This document shows positions 12,999 to 25,999 of a stretch of 64,000 nucleotides of DNA, in pieces. Made by a program: the position numbers and the translations under genes. Position 1 is the stretch's first letter; every line of letters starts with the position of its first letter. The notes below the pieces were generated by a model. The model did no database searches and was not told the DNA's origin. It was given only the letters and a program-made list of their open reading frames with translations. This DNA is from Hemiscyllium ocellatum. Its lineage: Eukaryota. The DNA is taken from contig NW_026867509.1 of NCBI RefSeq assembly GCF_020745735.1, positions 1,488,001-1,552,000 of the forward strand, given 5' to 3'.

Positions 12999-15901
12999 CT
13001 ATACTAGCCCAATAACTTCCAAATGCCTATCCAATGCTCGCTTAAATGACCATAAAGAAGGAGAGTTCACCACTGATACGGGCAGGGCATTCCATGAACT
13101 CACAACCCGCTGTGTGAAGAATCTACCCCTAACATCTGTCCTATACCTACCACCCCTTAATTTAAAGCTATGTCCCCTAGTAACACCTGACTCCATTAGC
13201 GGTAAAAGGTTCTTAGTATCTACCCTATCTAAACCCCTAATCATCTTATACACTTCTATCAGATCTCCCCTAAACCTTCTCTTCTCCAATGAGAACAGCC
13301 CCAAGTGCCTCAGCCTTTCCTCATAAGATTTTCCTACCATTCCAGGCAACATCCTGGTAAACCTCCTCTGCACTCGTTCTAAAGCTTCCACATCCTTCCT
13401 ATAGTATGGCGACCAAAACTGCACACAATACTCCAGATGATGCCTAACCAGAGTCTTATACAACTGCAACATGACCTCAGGACTCCGGAACTCAATTCCT
13501 CTGCCAATAAAGCCCAGTACACCATATGCCTTCCTCACAGCACTATTTACCTGGGTGGCAACTTTCGGAGATCTGTGTACATAGACACCAAGATCCCTCT
13601 GCTCATCCACACTACCAAGTAGCCTACCATTAGCCCAGTAATCCATCATCTTGTTATTCCTACCAAAGTGAACGACTTCGCACTTAGCTACATTGAATTC
13701 CATTTGCCACATTTCCGCCCAGCTCTGCAACTTATCTATATCCCGCTGTAACCTACCACTTCCTTCCTCACTATCCACAACTCCACCGACTTTTGTGTCA
13801 TCCGCAAACTTGCTTACCCAGCTTTCAAGTCCTTCCTCTAGATCATTTATAAAGATAACAAAAAGCAATGGTCCCAAAACAGATCCTTGTGGTACACCGC
13901 TAGTAACTGCGCTCCAAGATGAACATAATCCATCAACTACTACCCTCTGTCTCCTTCCAGCCAGCCAATTCCTAATCCAAACCTCTAATGTATCCTCAAT
14001 GCCATACCTCCGAAGTTTTAGCATTAGCCTACCATGGGGAACCTTATCGAACGCCTTACTAAAATCCATATACACAACATCTACTGCTTTACCCTCATCC
14101 ACTTCCTTAGTCACCTTCTCAAAGAACTCAGTAAGGTTTGTGAGGCACGACCTGCCCTTCACAAAACCATGCTGGCTATCCATGATCACGTTATTCCTAC
14201 CCAGATGTTCATAAATCTTATCCCTTACCATTCTCTCTAAGACTTTGCCCACCACTGAAGTCAGACTCACTGGCCTTTAGTTACTAGGGCTATCCCTACT
14301 CCCTTTCTTGAACAATGGGACCACATTCGCTATCCTCCAGTCCTCTGGTACTATTCCCGTTGACAATGACGACATAAAAATCCAGGCCAATGGCTCTGCT
14401 ATCTCCTCCCTAGCTTCCCATAGGATCCTGGAGTAAATGCCATCAGGCCCAGGAGACTTATCTATATTCATCCTTTCCAATATTCCCAAAACCTCTTCCC
14501 TGCATATTTCCAGGGCATCCATTCTAATTATTTGTGATTCCATATTCACATCAGCAACAGTGTCCTGTTCCTGAGTGAATACTGATGAAAAGTACTGATT
14601 TCATGTCTCTCCAATCTCCTCCGCCTCCACACACAACTTCCCACTACTATCCTTGACTGGACCGATACCTACCCTAGTCATCCTTTTATTCTTGACATAC
14701 CTATAGAAAGCCTTTGGGTTTTCCCTAATCCTACCAGCTAAAGACTTTTCATGTCCCCTTCTCGCTTCTCTTAGCTCCCTCTTTAGCTCCTTCCTGGCTA
14801 CCTTATAACTCTCAATCGCCCCAACTGAACCTTCACGCCTCATCTTTACATATGCCGCCTTCTTCCCTTTCACAAGGGATTCCAATTCCTTACTAAACCA
14901 CGGCTGCCTCACAAGGCCCTTTACACCATGCCTGACTGGTACATACCTATCGAGGACACGCAATAGCTGCTCCTTGAACAATCCCCACATCTCATTAGTG
15001 TTCTTCTCTTGAAGCCTGCTTTTCCAATCCACACATCCTAAGTCATGCCTCACTGCATCATAATTTCCCTGCCCCCAGCTATAGCTCTTGCCCTGCGGTG
15101 CACGATTATCCCTCTCCATCACTAAAGTAAAAGTCACCGAGTTGTGGTCACTGTCCCCGAAGTGCTCACCTACCTCCAAGTCTAACACCTGGCCTGGTTC
15201 ATTACCTAGAACCAAATCCAATATAGCCTCCCCTCTTGTTGGCCTGTCGACATATTGTGTCAGGAAACCCTCCTGCACACATTGTACAAACACCGACCCA
15301 TCTAATGAACTCGAGCTATAGCTCTCCCAGTCAATATCTGGGAAGTTAAAGTCCCACATAACAACCACCCTGCTACCTTCACTCTTTTCCTGAATCATCC
15401 TCGCAATATTATCCTCTACTTCTCTAGGACTATTAGGAGGCCTGTAGAAAACACCTAACAGGGTGACCTCACCTTTCCTATTTCTAACCTCAGCCCAAAC
15501 TACCTCAGATGGCAAGTCCTCTTCCATCGTCCATTCCACTGCTTTGATACTGTCTTTGACAAGTAATGCCACGCCTCCCCCTTTTTTACCCCCATGTCTG
15601 ATCCTACTAAAACATTTGAACCCTGGAACGTGCAACAGCCATTCTTGTCCCTGTTCTACCACGTCTCTGTAATGGCCACAACATCGAAGTCCCAGGTACC
15701 AACCCACGCTGCAAGTTCACCTACCTTATTCCTTATACTTCTGGCATTGAAGTATACACACTTCAATCCACCTTTCTGGTTACAGGCACCCTCCTTAGAG
15801 ATCGCTGCATTATTCCTAACCTCCCTACACTCAAGGTCCTGTACCCTAAAGCTACAGTCCTGGTTCCCATGCCCCCGCGGAGTTAGTTTAAACCCTCCCA
15901 A
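12999..15901 (-). pseudogene. CR1 ORF2 (endonuclease-reverse transcriptase), disrupted
   Basis: The pieces are 15656-15901, 14601-15707, 14277-14549 and 12999-14270. There are two frameshifts and one in-frame TAA at 14277 (SN*RPVSLT). RT motifs include GVPQGSVLGP and FADD. Confidence 0.93.
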
Positions 15902-16809
15902 AGAGCATTAGCAAACCTCCCCCCAAGGATACTGGTGCCCCTCAGGTTCAGGTGTAGCCAATCCTTTTTATAGAGGTCCCACCTTCCCCAGAAAGGACCC
16001 CAGTTGTCCAGAAACCGGAATCCCTCCCTCCTGCACCATCCCTGTAGCCACGCATTTAACTGCTCTCTCTCCCTATTCCTCGACTCTCTATCACGTGGCA
16101 CGGGTAACAAACCAGAGACTACAACTCTGTTTGTTCTAACTCGGAGCTTCCAACCTAGCTCCCTGAAAGCCTGTCTGACATCCTCACCCTTCTTCCTACC
16201 TATATCGTTGGTGCCAACGTGGACCACGATCTGGGGCTGCTCCCCCTCCCCCTTAAGGACCCGGAAAACACGATCAGCGACATCACGTACCCTTGCACCT
16301 GGGAGGCAACATACCAAACGTGAGTCCCTGTCGCCCCCACAAAACCGTCTGTCTGTACCCCTCACTATCGAGTCCCCAAGAACAATTGCTCTACCTTTCT
16401 CCACCCTACCCTTCTGAGCAACGGGGCCAGGCTCCGTGCCAGAGGCCTGAACCTCGTTGCTTGCCCCTGGTAAGTCATCCCCCCCACAAGTATCCAAAAC
16501 GGTATACTTGTTCTTGAGGGGAATGACCGCAGGGGGTCCCTGCACTGGCTTCCTCCTCCCACACCCTCTCACTGTCACCCATCTATCTTGAACTTTCGGA
16601 GTAACTACTTGCCTAAAGCTCCGATCTATGACCTCCTCTGCCTCCCGAATGATCCGCAGTTCATCCAACTCCAGCTCCAGTTCCCTAACACGGGTTTGGA
16701 GGAGCTGGAGATGGGTGCACTTCTTGCAAGTGTACTCAGCAGGGACGCTAATGGCTTCCCTCACCTCATACATGTTGCAAGAGGAACATTGCCCTCTCTA
16801 CACTGCCAT
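15883..16809 (-). pseudogene. CR1 ORF1 (zinc finger plus SGNH/GDSL esterase domain)
   Basis: GDSIVRG, HVGTND and DWLHLN esterase blocks are present, with CSSC...CKKC. The upstream in-frame ATG at 16809 is followed by TAG at codon 4 (16800), and the remainder is open from ATG 16773. Confidence 0.88.
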
Positions 16810-17935
16810 CCCTCTAAAAGTAAGCTTTCCTTAAAAAAAACAACAAAAACCAACTAAATCTAAAGAAACAAACAAGGAAAATGCAGCACTTACCCGCTAG
16901 TCACAATTGGTCTTATTATTAGGTTAGAGGAGGTGGAAGGGTGGGAGGCACTACTCGTGTAGTGCCTCGGGTGACTCGCCTGTGCGTTTAAATAAGGGGA
17001 GAAAAAAAACCTTACCCAGGTAACCTAGCGCGCCTTCCGGGTCTGCTACCGCTTTTTTAAAGGAAAACTTTAAACTTTTAACTATTAAATAAACGACCAA
17101 ACTTACCCACCAGCCGTCGCGAAGTCTTCCGAGAGACTGAGGCCTAAAACTCGGAGCCCGCGTTTAAATAAGGGGAGAGAAAAAAAAACCTTACCCAGGT
17201 AACCTAGATTCGAGGAATATGAGATGGTATCAAATGATTTGATCAAATGAACGTCTGACTGAATGGAGCAGAAGCAGAGCTGTTCAGCGGATAATTCCAG
17301 TGATTTCGGTTTTAATCATTAAATCAATAACTGGCATTGTTAAATGCATTAATTTGACGAATACAGAGGAGATATAATCAAAGTTTACAATTGTGTTATG
17401 TCATGGGAACGAATGTGACGCGATGCTGTAGCTTCTGAAAGTTTGATGGATGGGATTGTAAAGCGTGAGGCATTGTCAAGGTGTCAATGTTGGTTAACGG
17501 CTATGGGTGCAAAGATGTCTGCTGTTTGGTACGAGTACATTCAGGAGGCCATTTTAATCCAGTTATCCTGCATTGGTCAAGTAGCCACTGACATTTACTC
17601 AGTGATTGGAGAGTGACACCTTTTTTTACTGAGATTGATTGCATTGTCAGATGAAGTAGATGTGTGGTATTAGGCTTCGCTGTAGAAAGTCAGAAGTGAG
17701 AGATGTCAAAAGGTTATACTTGAAAAGACAAAATTTCAGAGTGCTGATTCTTCATCATTTCAATTGACAGATATTTGATGCTATATCGTTGCCAAACATT
17801 TGTCAATGATTTTGGAACAGGAAAAGTTTGAAAGAGGCAAAGTGATTGTTAAAGATTGTTTTGCAAAATATTTTACAAGTCAGAAGACAGCGTTTGAATT
17901 GTGCTCAGCAATGTCTATCTCTTGATCTCTCACAG

Positions 17936-18812
17936 CTAACTTGCTGGCAATCATAATCATATTGTGAGAACACTGTGGTCTCCCACGGAGCATCATGTGT
18001 TACCTGGTGATGCTTGCAGTATCCAACATTCTTGTCATCACAACGGCGAAAATCCTCAACTAATTCAACCACATCTACTTTTGGCAAAGTGTTATATCCA
18101 ACATTCCTGTTTGCACGCTCAGCATCGTCCTGGTCTATGGCACTTGCGATTGCTCAGTCTTGCTGACAGTCACCTTAACCATCAACCGTTTCGCCGCCAA
18201 TTGCTGCCAGAATCTGAAGACCAGATACTGCACTGAGAAAACTGCATCACTGGTCTTTGGAATGATCTGTGTCCTGAGTTGAATCAAAAACGTCCCTTTC
18301 GGTTTTGCATTACATGCTTTGTTCATTTTGGACGGTTGTGATTAGGTTTGCAGTGTCAATGCCAACTTCTATACCTGGCCAGATAGGCAAGTCTATGATT
18401 GGCTCTTTCATATATTTATGCCCTTTCTCCAGTTCTTACTAATTCTGTTGCTCAGCGTTCTGACCAAGAGACCCACCCTAGCTTCAAGAAAGCTCGCAGA
18501 AGGCTCTGGAAAGCTGAGAAGTGACAAGACGGAGATGGTCAACCGCAAAGAACCATAGCACTACTGTTTAACATCGCTCTTAGCTTTCTCCTCCCATGGT
18601 CCCCTCTTGTCAGACATTTTATCTACGTGCGACGCAAAGCTGTGGGTTACTTCGATGATCTGGGTTTCACTGAACCACGGTATATCTTTGAGGAGACAAC
18701 CCAACACACTCGAGTTAATTAGTTCTGGTAACAACAAGAATTTATTTCGGAAAGCAGTATACAGATACTTGTATACCCGTTCGCCACACTTACCAGATCA
18801 TTCTGAAGAATG
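17936..18812 (+). pseudogene. GPR139/GPR142-like GPCR exon 2, pseudogene
   Basis: After acceptor CACAG it reads ANLLAIIIIL*EHCGLPRSIMCYLVMLAVSNILV, then after a frameshift DCSVLLTVTLTINRFAANCCQNLKTRYCTEKTA (TM3 DRF-like motif). Multiple stops are present. Confidence 0.88.
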
Positions 18813-19229
18813 AGGGGTTAGGAAATCCTGTCATGATTTTCCATTTGTGTCAGAGTGGTCCATTCTGTTCTGCGCCCATACACGCCTGATGCAGAAATCT
18901 GATGAAAAGAAGCACTAGTTGAAAGCGATTTAATAAATTCTTCTGCTTAAAAATACATAAAATAGATCCTGAGAGATATCAGATTATTGGAAATTATTTG
19001 ACTTGCTTTAACTGTCTCACTCTGTGCATTCTTTTAAGCACCTTCAAATTCATTAGAAGGCGATGAAAATTGAAGTTAAAGGCATCTGTATATGAGTTTT
19101 GTTCAATTATGATCTCTCAAATCAAAGTGAGGCAGATTCCACCAATACAGAGAGAAAGTGACAGAAGGAGGAAATGAAAGAGTAACATGCACGTAGAGAT
19201 GTTGGGAGTAAGAACCAATAGCATAGTTT

Positions 19230-20090
19230 GTTTAGAATAACACCTGACTGATCATCATGTTTGAAGTTTTTGAATATGTGACGAGGAATGCAGATGAGGA
19301 CAGTCCGTTTGACACAGAATAATTGCTCATCAGAAAGGTATTTGTTAAGTTCCCTCATGAGACATGGATGACAAGAATACGAGTACATAGGTGCTAGGAT
19401 ACCCATTCATTGAATTTAAGCAATTTGTATGTTTGAATCCCGGAAACGGTGGAAAGCTGAAAGAAGACGGTCAGGGTCCGTTTTGTTTTCTGGACACCTG
19501 TTTACAGTGGAGTTCTGCACTGTAATGTTAGGAGCGTTGGCCAGTAGGTTTGTGGATAATATGAAGGTTTAGGAACGGATACATAGTGAGGTAGTTCATC
19601 TCAAATTAGTGGAGGTGGTCGAATGATACGTCAGGTCGGTTGATCAGTTGCAAATTCAAATCGATCCGCTTAAGTGTGAGGCAATCCACTTAGCTGGAAA
19701 AACAGGGTAAAAGACGAAATGCTGAAATAAAGGATATTGCAAAGCTCTGCGGACGAGTGGAACTTATGAATGCATGTCCACTAGTCCCCTAAAGTAGTAG
19801 GGTAGGATGCAGAAACACATTGGATGCTTGCCTTTATAGGCTGAATCGCAAAGTCTATTGCAGGGAAGTCATAGTGGACCTGTAAAAAATAGATTGCAAC
19901 TTGGGTATTTTGTCCAGGACTGTTATCTACATTGTAAGATAGATTTTAGCGCACTAAAGGATGCCGAGGGGATGTTCAGTTTGTTAATTGAGCTGGAGTG
20001 ATGAAGTTATGAAGACAGTACGGAAAGACTGATTGTGGGAATCTGGAATTCATTGTCTTGAAGGGTAGTAGAGGGGGAAAAATGTATCCT
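19230..20090 (+). mobile_element. Old CR1 RT/3' fragment
   Basis: Degenerate similarity to ORF2 of the CR1 at 12999-14270 (e.g. gttaagttccctcatgag, cagtggagttctgca, cacattggatgcttgcctttatagg). No open frame remains. Confidence 0.6.
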
Positions 20091-20542
20091 GAAAAAAATT
20101 CACACTGTTTTAATGTAAACATCTTTCACTGTACAACATGATTTTACAGTATCCATGTGTCTGCGTTTGAATACTTGTTGTGCATGCTTCTATGTTTGTC
20201 TGTTTGCATTTTAAGGTATGCATGTTTCCGTGTGTGTGTGTGTTTGGGGTGTGATGGTGTGGTGTATTCTGCTTTCGTACGAGCCATATTTTCGGTGTCC
20301 TTTTGAGTATCTGTCCATGTGTGTATTTCCTTTGCATTATTGTTCTGTCTGCCTCTGTGTCCAGCTACATACAAGTATAAACCACTGCAAATGTTCGTCT
20401 CTAGGATCTTTGGATATGTCTAAAACCGTGTCAGAAAGTTTTGGCAGCAACAGTGGAGACAAATTTTGCGGAGTGATCACAATGAATTAACATGGTCAAC
20501 ATTTCTTTCCTGGTTGATTCATCTTATTTGATTGTGGCATAA

Positions 20543-20558
20543 TGTCACCCTCTGCTGG
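20543..20558 (-). promoter_or_regulatory. CTCF-like motif
   Basis: The minus strand reads CCAGCAGAGGGTGACA, close to the CTCF core. It shares the flank gtatattcgct with the motif at 51195. Confidence 0.5.
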
Positions 20559-21096
20559 CGTATATTCGCTACTAACGCCAAAACATTCAAACTTTCCAGA
20601 AGGCATCTGCACGGTCGCAGCATCAACTCATCTGTAGGATCATATTGCAGGAAGTGGCACTGATGTAGCTCCTACTTTATCACTCACAAATAGGTACAGT
20701 GGGTAAAGATGAGCTTAGTAGGTAACATGAACGTTAAATAGAATGTTGGCCGAAATTTCAAAGGGAACAGGGTATGGAGCTAATTTTCTGAGTTGCCCCA
20801 GAATCATTTCGCTGTTTGAACCGTGATTAATTTAATTTCCTCACGGTCTGTGTTTGAGTGCATGGTAGCACACTGTTTGTGGTTTTTGAAAGACCACATC
20901 ATACAGCACCTTTCACGATGCTGGCAGCAAATTCACTTGCCTTGATTCCAAAAGCTCACGAAAGCAATGCTACACCGTTCAATGCAGCCCAGAGACAGTT
21001 AAATGGGTTAATTTATTCTGCTTCTGAAACTCCATAGAGAAATGAATTTCATTTGAAACAACACAAGAAATTGATTCTTTTAGATATTCCTGTGTT

Positions 21097-21300
21097 TAGT
21101 GTCTCTGACTCTGTGGAATCACTGTGCGCTTATCATACAGGCACAGTCAGAGTGTACAGCAGGAATTCTCAGATTTTTTCATTGCATCACATCTAAGATC
21201 CGAATTGCTAACTGTGAATACAAACAAAGCGGCCGAATTGATCACTTTCGCTGGGACTTTATGTGTGTCATTCTGTAACAAGTCACTCCTGAAACAAATT
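21097..21300 (-). pseudogene. Possible internally deleted V relic
   Basis: Acceptor TTGTTTCAG|GA GTG ACT TGT (GVTC), then LRIPAVHSDCACMIS followed by a perfect CACAGTG at 21120-21126. The nonamer is poor and the exon is too short. Confidence 0.3.
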
Positions 21301-21821
21301 TTCTTCATGGTCATTGAGCAGCATTTGCAAGTGATAATCTTTGGCATCATCAGCAGGGCAAATTTAAATATTCGTAATCACAGTCTCAGACATTGACTGT
21401 TGAGAGATGAGAAATCGGTTTCATTCATGTCTTAGTGATGTTGTCTACCTCAGACAGTCGTCTTTCCTCGGCGCTTGATTTTATGCAAAACCATTCGTGA
21501 CGTACGGTTGGATAATGAGATCAATTAGGGCAGTTCTGAGAAACTTTATTATGCGCAGTTCACTGGCATGAGAACAAATACATATCGTTTCCCGCTCCTT
21601 TCTCAAACCGTTTGGATTGTGGAACAAAGAGCCAAACGTGGATTGGATGCCATCTGGTGATTCTGCCAGCCGTGAGCCAGGAGAAAATGTAACTCTTCAT
21701 CTCAAATCTCAGATGAACATTTCACTTTCAGCTCCCTATATTCAAACAACAACATCAGTTCTGCACTAAAATAATTGAGCTTCAGTTCTCTCTGTTCAAA
21801 CCCACCATCAGTCCTGAAAAC

Positions 21822-22340
21822 ATGTCAGGTATTTTTACTAAGTCATTCCTCACTGCTTCAGCTTTCTTAACAGGTAAGTTCTCCACTCTAACAATTCTCA
21901 ATTGTCGATGACACGGACAACTTGCTCTTCAATTGTACTCTCCCTCCATTTGCAATAAATGCCTTTGCATTGATTGCAGAATGTAACGCTAAAATATTTT
22001 TTTTTCAAATCTAAATTTCTGCAGCGGTTCGTCGTGCGCATTAGGTCTCACTTAAACCAATTACAGTAACTGAGATTGAAGGAGACTCAGTAACAGTTTA
22101 CTTCGGTTATTTGATTTCGGCTGCCTTCTATTTCTCAAAACTGTACCGTCTGTACGATCAGGACGGTGGAGAATCCCTTACAGCATTGAGCTGCAAGTCA
22201 TCACATGAAAATGTTTTCAAAGCACACAGTGTTGGCGATAGATTTTCTGCATTTCTGGATATTTCAAAACACGAGGGGAATTTCACTATCAGCGGACTGC
22301 GGCTGTCAGACAGTGCAGTATATTACTGCGGGCTGAGAGA
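21822..22340 (+). pseudogene. TCR V segment pseudogene of the non-canonical Phe23/Leu41 family
   Basis: Leader 21822-21873 (MSGIFTKSFLTASAFLT G|GTAAGT), acceptor TTCTGCAG at 22024 and an in-frame TAG at 22042. FR3 reads GDRFSAFLDISKHEGNFTISGLRLSDSAVYYCGLRD. Confidence 0.92.
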
Positions 22341-22379
22341 CACAGTGACATGAAACAGGTGGAATTTCGTGCAAAAACT
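22341..22379 (+). other. 23-bp-spacer recombination signal sequence
   Basis: CACAGTG, a 23-nt spacer, then GCAAAAACT. Confidence 0.93.
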
Positions 22380-22529
22380 CTGCTGTCATGGGGAACGGCG
22401 AATGGGCTGGGGGCACATTGAAAAGAAACCTATACTTACTAAGCTTAATAGTGCTGCTTAAAAATAGATATGATTTGGAGACGTCAGTGTTATACTGGGG
22501 TGCACAAAGTTGAAACTTCACCCAGCACC

Positions 22530-22995
22530 AGATTATAATTAAACAGGTAGATTTGAAAGCACTAGTTTTCAGAGTGCTCCTCCTTCATCAGGTGATTGTG
22601 GAGAATAAGTTTGTAAGTCACAGAATTTATAGCAAAACTTTACAGTGCGATGGCCCTGAGATTATATTTTGAAAATGACCTGCATTATTTGTTAAGTCTC
22701 CCATCTTTTTGAATGACTATCTTGTTTTCAGTTCTTTCCTATGTTAATCGTAAAACCATTTGTTTAATAAGTACATTTTCAAGTGCACGTTAACAATTAA
22801 TGTCTCGTCGGCCAAGGTAAGGCATTGTATTTCTTTTTGAACATACAATTTCAGTTACATCACATTGTAAGTTTTTGCGATAAATTATGTGCCTTACAAT
22901 CTTATTCTCCACAACTACCGACACAGCACAACGAAAGCTAATGCTTCCAAATAAACCTCTTGGACTATAACCTGGCGTTGTGTGATTTTTAACTT
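22530..22995. mobile_element. Penelope-type terminal repeat remnant
   Basis: Minus strand CTGATGAAGGAGGAGCACTCTGAAAACTAGTGC near 22560-22592, and plus strand GAAAGCTAATGCTTCCAAATAAACCTCTTGGACTATAACCTGG near 22933-22975. These are inverted copies of one terminal motif. Confidence 0.55.
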
Positions 22996-22999
22996 AAAA

Positions 23000-23410
23000 A
23001 TGCAAACATAGAAATTAAGTGTAAGTGTTAGGCTATTTGGCCCCTCAGATCAAAAGCCCCATTCAATATGCTCATGGCTGATCATGCAATTTTAATATCC
23101 CACTTTCGCTGTCTCTCTGTGCCTCTTGATCACAATAATAACAAGGGCCATGTCCAGCTATTCCATGAATATAGCTAATTTACATACTTCAACAGCTGTC
23201 CCTGACACAGAATTCCAAAGGTTCATATCTCTCCCAGGTAAGAAATGATTCCTCTTCTCAGTCACGAATGGATTATCTTTAATTCTGAGACTGTGACACT
23301 AATTCCGGACTTCCCCAATATCGGAAGCATTCTCTCACAATCTAAGCTGTCAAATCCCTTCATTATTTTATATGTTTCTCTGAGGTCCTGCCGCGCCCGT
23401 TCGTCTAAAT
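23000..23410 (-). mobile_element. Decayed CR1 3' fragment
   Basis: Resembles CR1 3' ends elsewhere in the window (acagaattccaaaggttc, tctaagctgtcaaatccc). Confidence 0.55.
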
Positions 23411-23807
23411 TCAGGCGAATACAAGCCAGGTGAAACGATTAAAAATACAAGTGTGAAAGAATAGGCGCTTTACCCGCGCCTTTTGCATCGAATTCTTTCT
23501 GAACATAATGCAGCAGTATGTTCACGAAAGCTGACCATAGCTGATCTGGTTCCGGCGAAGAAAAACTTGACTAAATGTTAAAAACAAAAGAACTAATCCG
23601 AAAAACGCTAAGCAGTTAACAACAAGCAGAAGCAACGCTTTGAATTAGATTAAATATTATGCAAGTGCAGAGTCGACATTAATTTTCACTTGGTGCCAGG
23701 CATATTTATGAATCTGATAGTGCGAAACGGTACATGCATTCATCTCTGCATTGAATTTACATGGTTCGCCTACAGCCTGCAACTTATTGTATTTTGCAGC
23801 TACTGAA

Positions 23808-24118
23808 TCATAGAATCACTACAGTATGGAAGCAGGCCATTCAGTCAATGAATCCGCACCGTCCTAACAAACAGCATCCCACCTGGAACGATCTAAACTA
23901 TCCATGTAACTCTGGATTTCCTCATGACTAAGCCACTTAATTTGCACACCTTTGAAGTGTCGGAGAAAACCAGGGAACCTGAGGAAATTCATGCAGACAC
24001 GGGTGCATGGTGAGGGGGGATGTTGGAATTAATCAAGTTCCACACAGACAGTCACTGGGGGGTGGAAACAAACATTACTCCCTGTTCGTGTGAGGCAGCA
24101 ACGTTAACTAATGAGTCC
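23808..24118 (-). mobile_element. Decayed HE1-like SINE
   Basis: Co-linear with the intact SINE at 48685-49030 (atagaatcactacagtatggaagcaggcc ... gcagacacggg ... gtgaggcagc). Confidence 0.65.
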
Positions 24119-24525
24119 CTTGCAGATTTTTTTTCCGCCATTCTGATCTGCCCAATAAACAGAAAACTACAAAAGTTGTTCACAGCCATTTATTCTAATT
24201 TCACTTCAGTTTAACTGATGCCAGTGATCAATTTGCAGTCACCCCACCCTGTCAGTGTGCTTCCCTCCCACGTTTTCTTCCAAATATAGAATTTTGCCCT
24301 TCATTTGTTCTTTGTTCACGGTGATGAATCTGCTTGCATATAATGCTAACTATAAAAGTACAAATGTAAAATTGCATCTGAATTCACTTCTACTCATGCA
24401 GTTAGTATAAAATCGAATGCATGAAAACATCATGAATGATGGGGTTAATCGTGACTTGCCACTGATGAACCATCTGTCAATACCTCAACTCGCTCACTCG
24501 CTGGCACGTTGCTCGGCAGTCTAAC

Positions 24526-24564
24526 AGTTCTTGTCAGGTTCACTCAAATTCTCTGTCTCTGGTG
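24526..24564 (-). other. Degenerate 23-RSS
   Basis: CACCAGA, a 23-nt spacer, then ACAAGAACT. Confidence 0.7.
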
Positions 24565-24867
24565 GTCTCAGTGTACAATAATACACAGTGGAGCCCGTCA
24601 GATGTGCTTTCACAGGTTTTAGAAGCACAGTTCGGTTCGATTCAGTGAGTTTCACTGAGAAACGATCTGTGGAGTTTCTTCTGCATTGTCTCTAAACCTA
24701 TTCTTATGTATCAAAAACGCAATGGATCCACTTCAATATTGAAGGTAACCGAACAGGTAAGACAAGCTGCTGCTTGCAATTGTGTAATTACAGAATAATT
24801 TAACGTCATGGCCTACATTTACCGTTTCAGTTCGTGTCTGTGGAAACCAGTCTCTTCGTACAGTGCC
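24565..24867 (-). pseudogene. TCR V segment pseudogene
   Basis: Reads VNVGHDVKLFCNYTIASSSLSYLFGYLQY*SGSIAFLI, then after a frameshift DRFSVKLTESNRTVLLKPVKAHLTGSTVYYCTLRP. Acceptor TTTAACAG at 24868. Confidence 0.85.
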
Positions 24868-25999
24868 CTGTTAAAGCACATAGACATATTAAGTTAAATG
24901 ATGATATATCACGTTGACCTTCTCCCCGGAAATATTTAAATAAATGACACTTTTTTGAGCACTAATTTACAAACATATATCGAAGCGTATTAAGGACATG
25001 TTCTGCAACGAGTAATTTCGTGTGTTTTGGTGCAATTTGAATGTCTTCTTTGAAGTCCATTTCTCCACTGTGTTATAAAGCAATGTTAATATGCATCTGG
25101 CGTTTATCATGCCAAGCATTAAATTCCTTTGATGGGCTCGGTTCATGAACCATTCAGCAAAAACGTTCAGCTGATGTATACCATTTACTTCAGGGAGGGG
25201 TTCAGGAAGACCCCAACTCTTTCCTTTCTACATCAAAATATGGGCGTTACTGTGCTTAGATTACATGTAATAAACGCGATATTTGTGAACTGAAGTCATG
25301 AATAAATTCTCAACTTGCAAACTAAGAGAGCTGCAACAGCAATAATAAAGCAAAAATAAACTTCCAACATGTTTCGACAGATATGATGATAGATTTTCAC
25401 CGAAATTTGTTCTGGCTGAAATGATTATTCGTCAAGAAATGGGACGGCATACTGATACCAGTCACTGTACTGATTGGCTTCTTCTGGTCTGAGACAGAAG
25501 GTAACATCTAATCCAATTGGAAATCCATTGTTTTACACAAAACTCAGCGAGCTAAATACTGTTCTGTTCTGCAATTCGTCACGTCAGGAAAACGGGTGGT
25601 GAAAAGGAGTGATAATAAAACAGCATTCTCCGATAGCATAAGTTAATCCTTTCTTTTCATTCTTGCATCTGCCCTGAAATACGTAAGGCAAAAAGCTCCA
25701 CCAGCATAGTTTTTTTTCAACAATGATTCTGAAATTATTCACTCAAAGCAGAGGAGATGTGGAGTCATTCAAAATTTCGACCTTGAAACGGATTTAATCT
25801 GCATCTGACTTGAACTAAGTCTTCTGTTTGGTCAACAAGATCTTTCTCCATTTATTCGCTTTTCATTCGTTGTCGTCATTTTATTGCAAAAACTCTCAAT
25901 TTGCTGATTGTTCCATTTCATTTACATGGTCCCGATTCATACTTGTTTGATTTTTGCATTCATTTTGTTTTTTGCCTATTTTTCCCAAAATGCTCTTCA

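Larger units (their letters stand above)
12919..17207 (-). mobile_element. Near full-length CR1 (HER1-like) LINE
   Basis: Contains ORF1 (zinc finger plus SGNH esterase), ORF2 (AP endonuclease plus RT with FADD motif), a 3' (TGTTCTA)n microsatellite tail near 12919-12937 and a 5' UTR with repeated monomers. Confidence 0.97.

Noticed and set aside
13114-16857. Plus-strand ORFs inside the CR1
   Set aside because: Antisense shadows of ORF1 and ORF2.
25439-25500. Leader-like exon ending GAAG|GTAAC
   Set aside because: The ATG frame hits a stop, the phase is wrong and no V exon follows.
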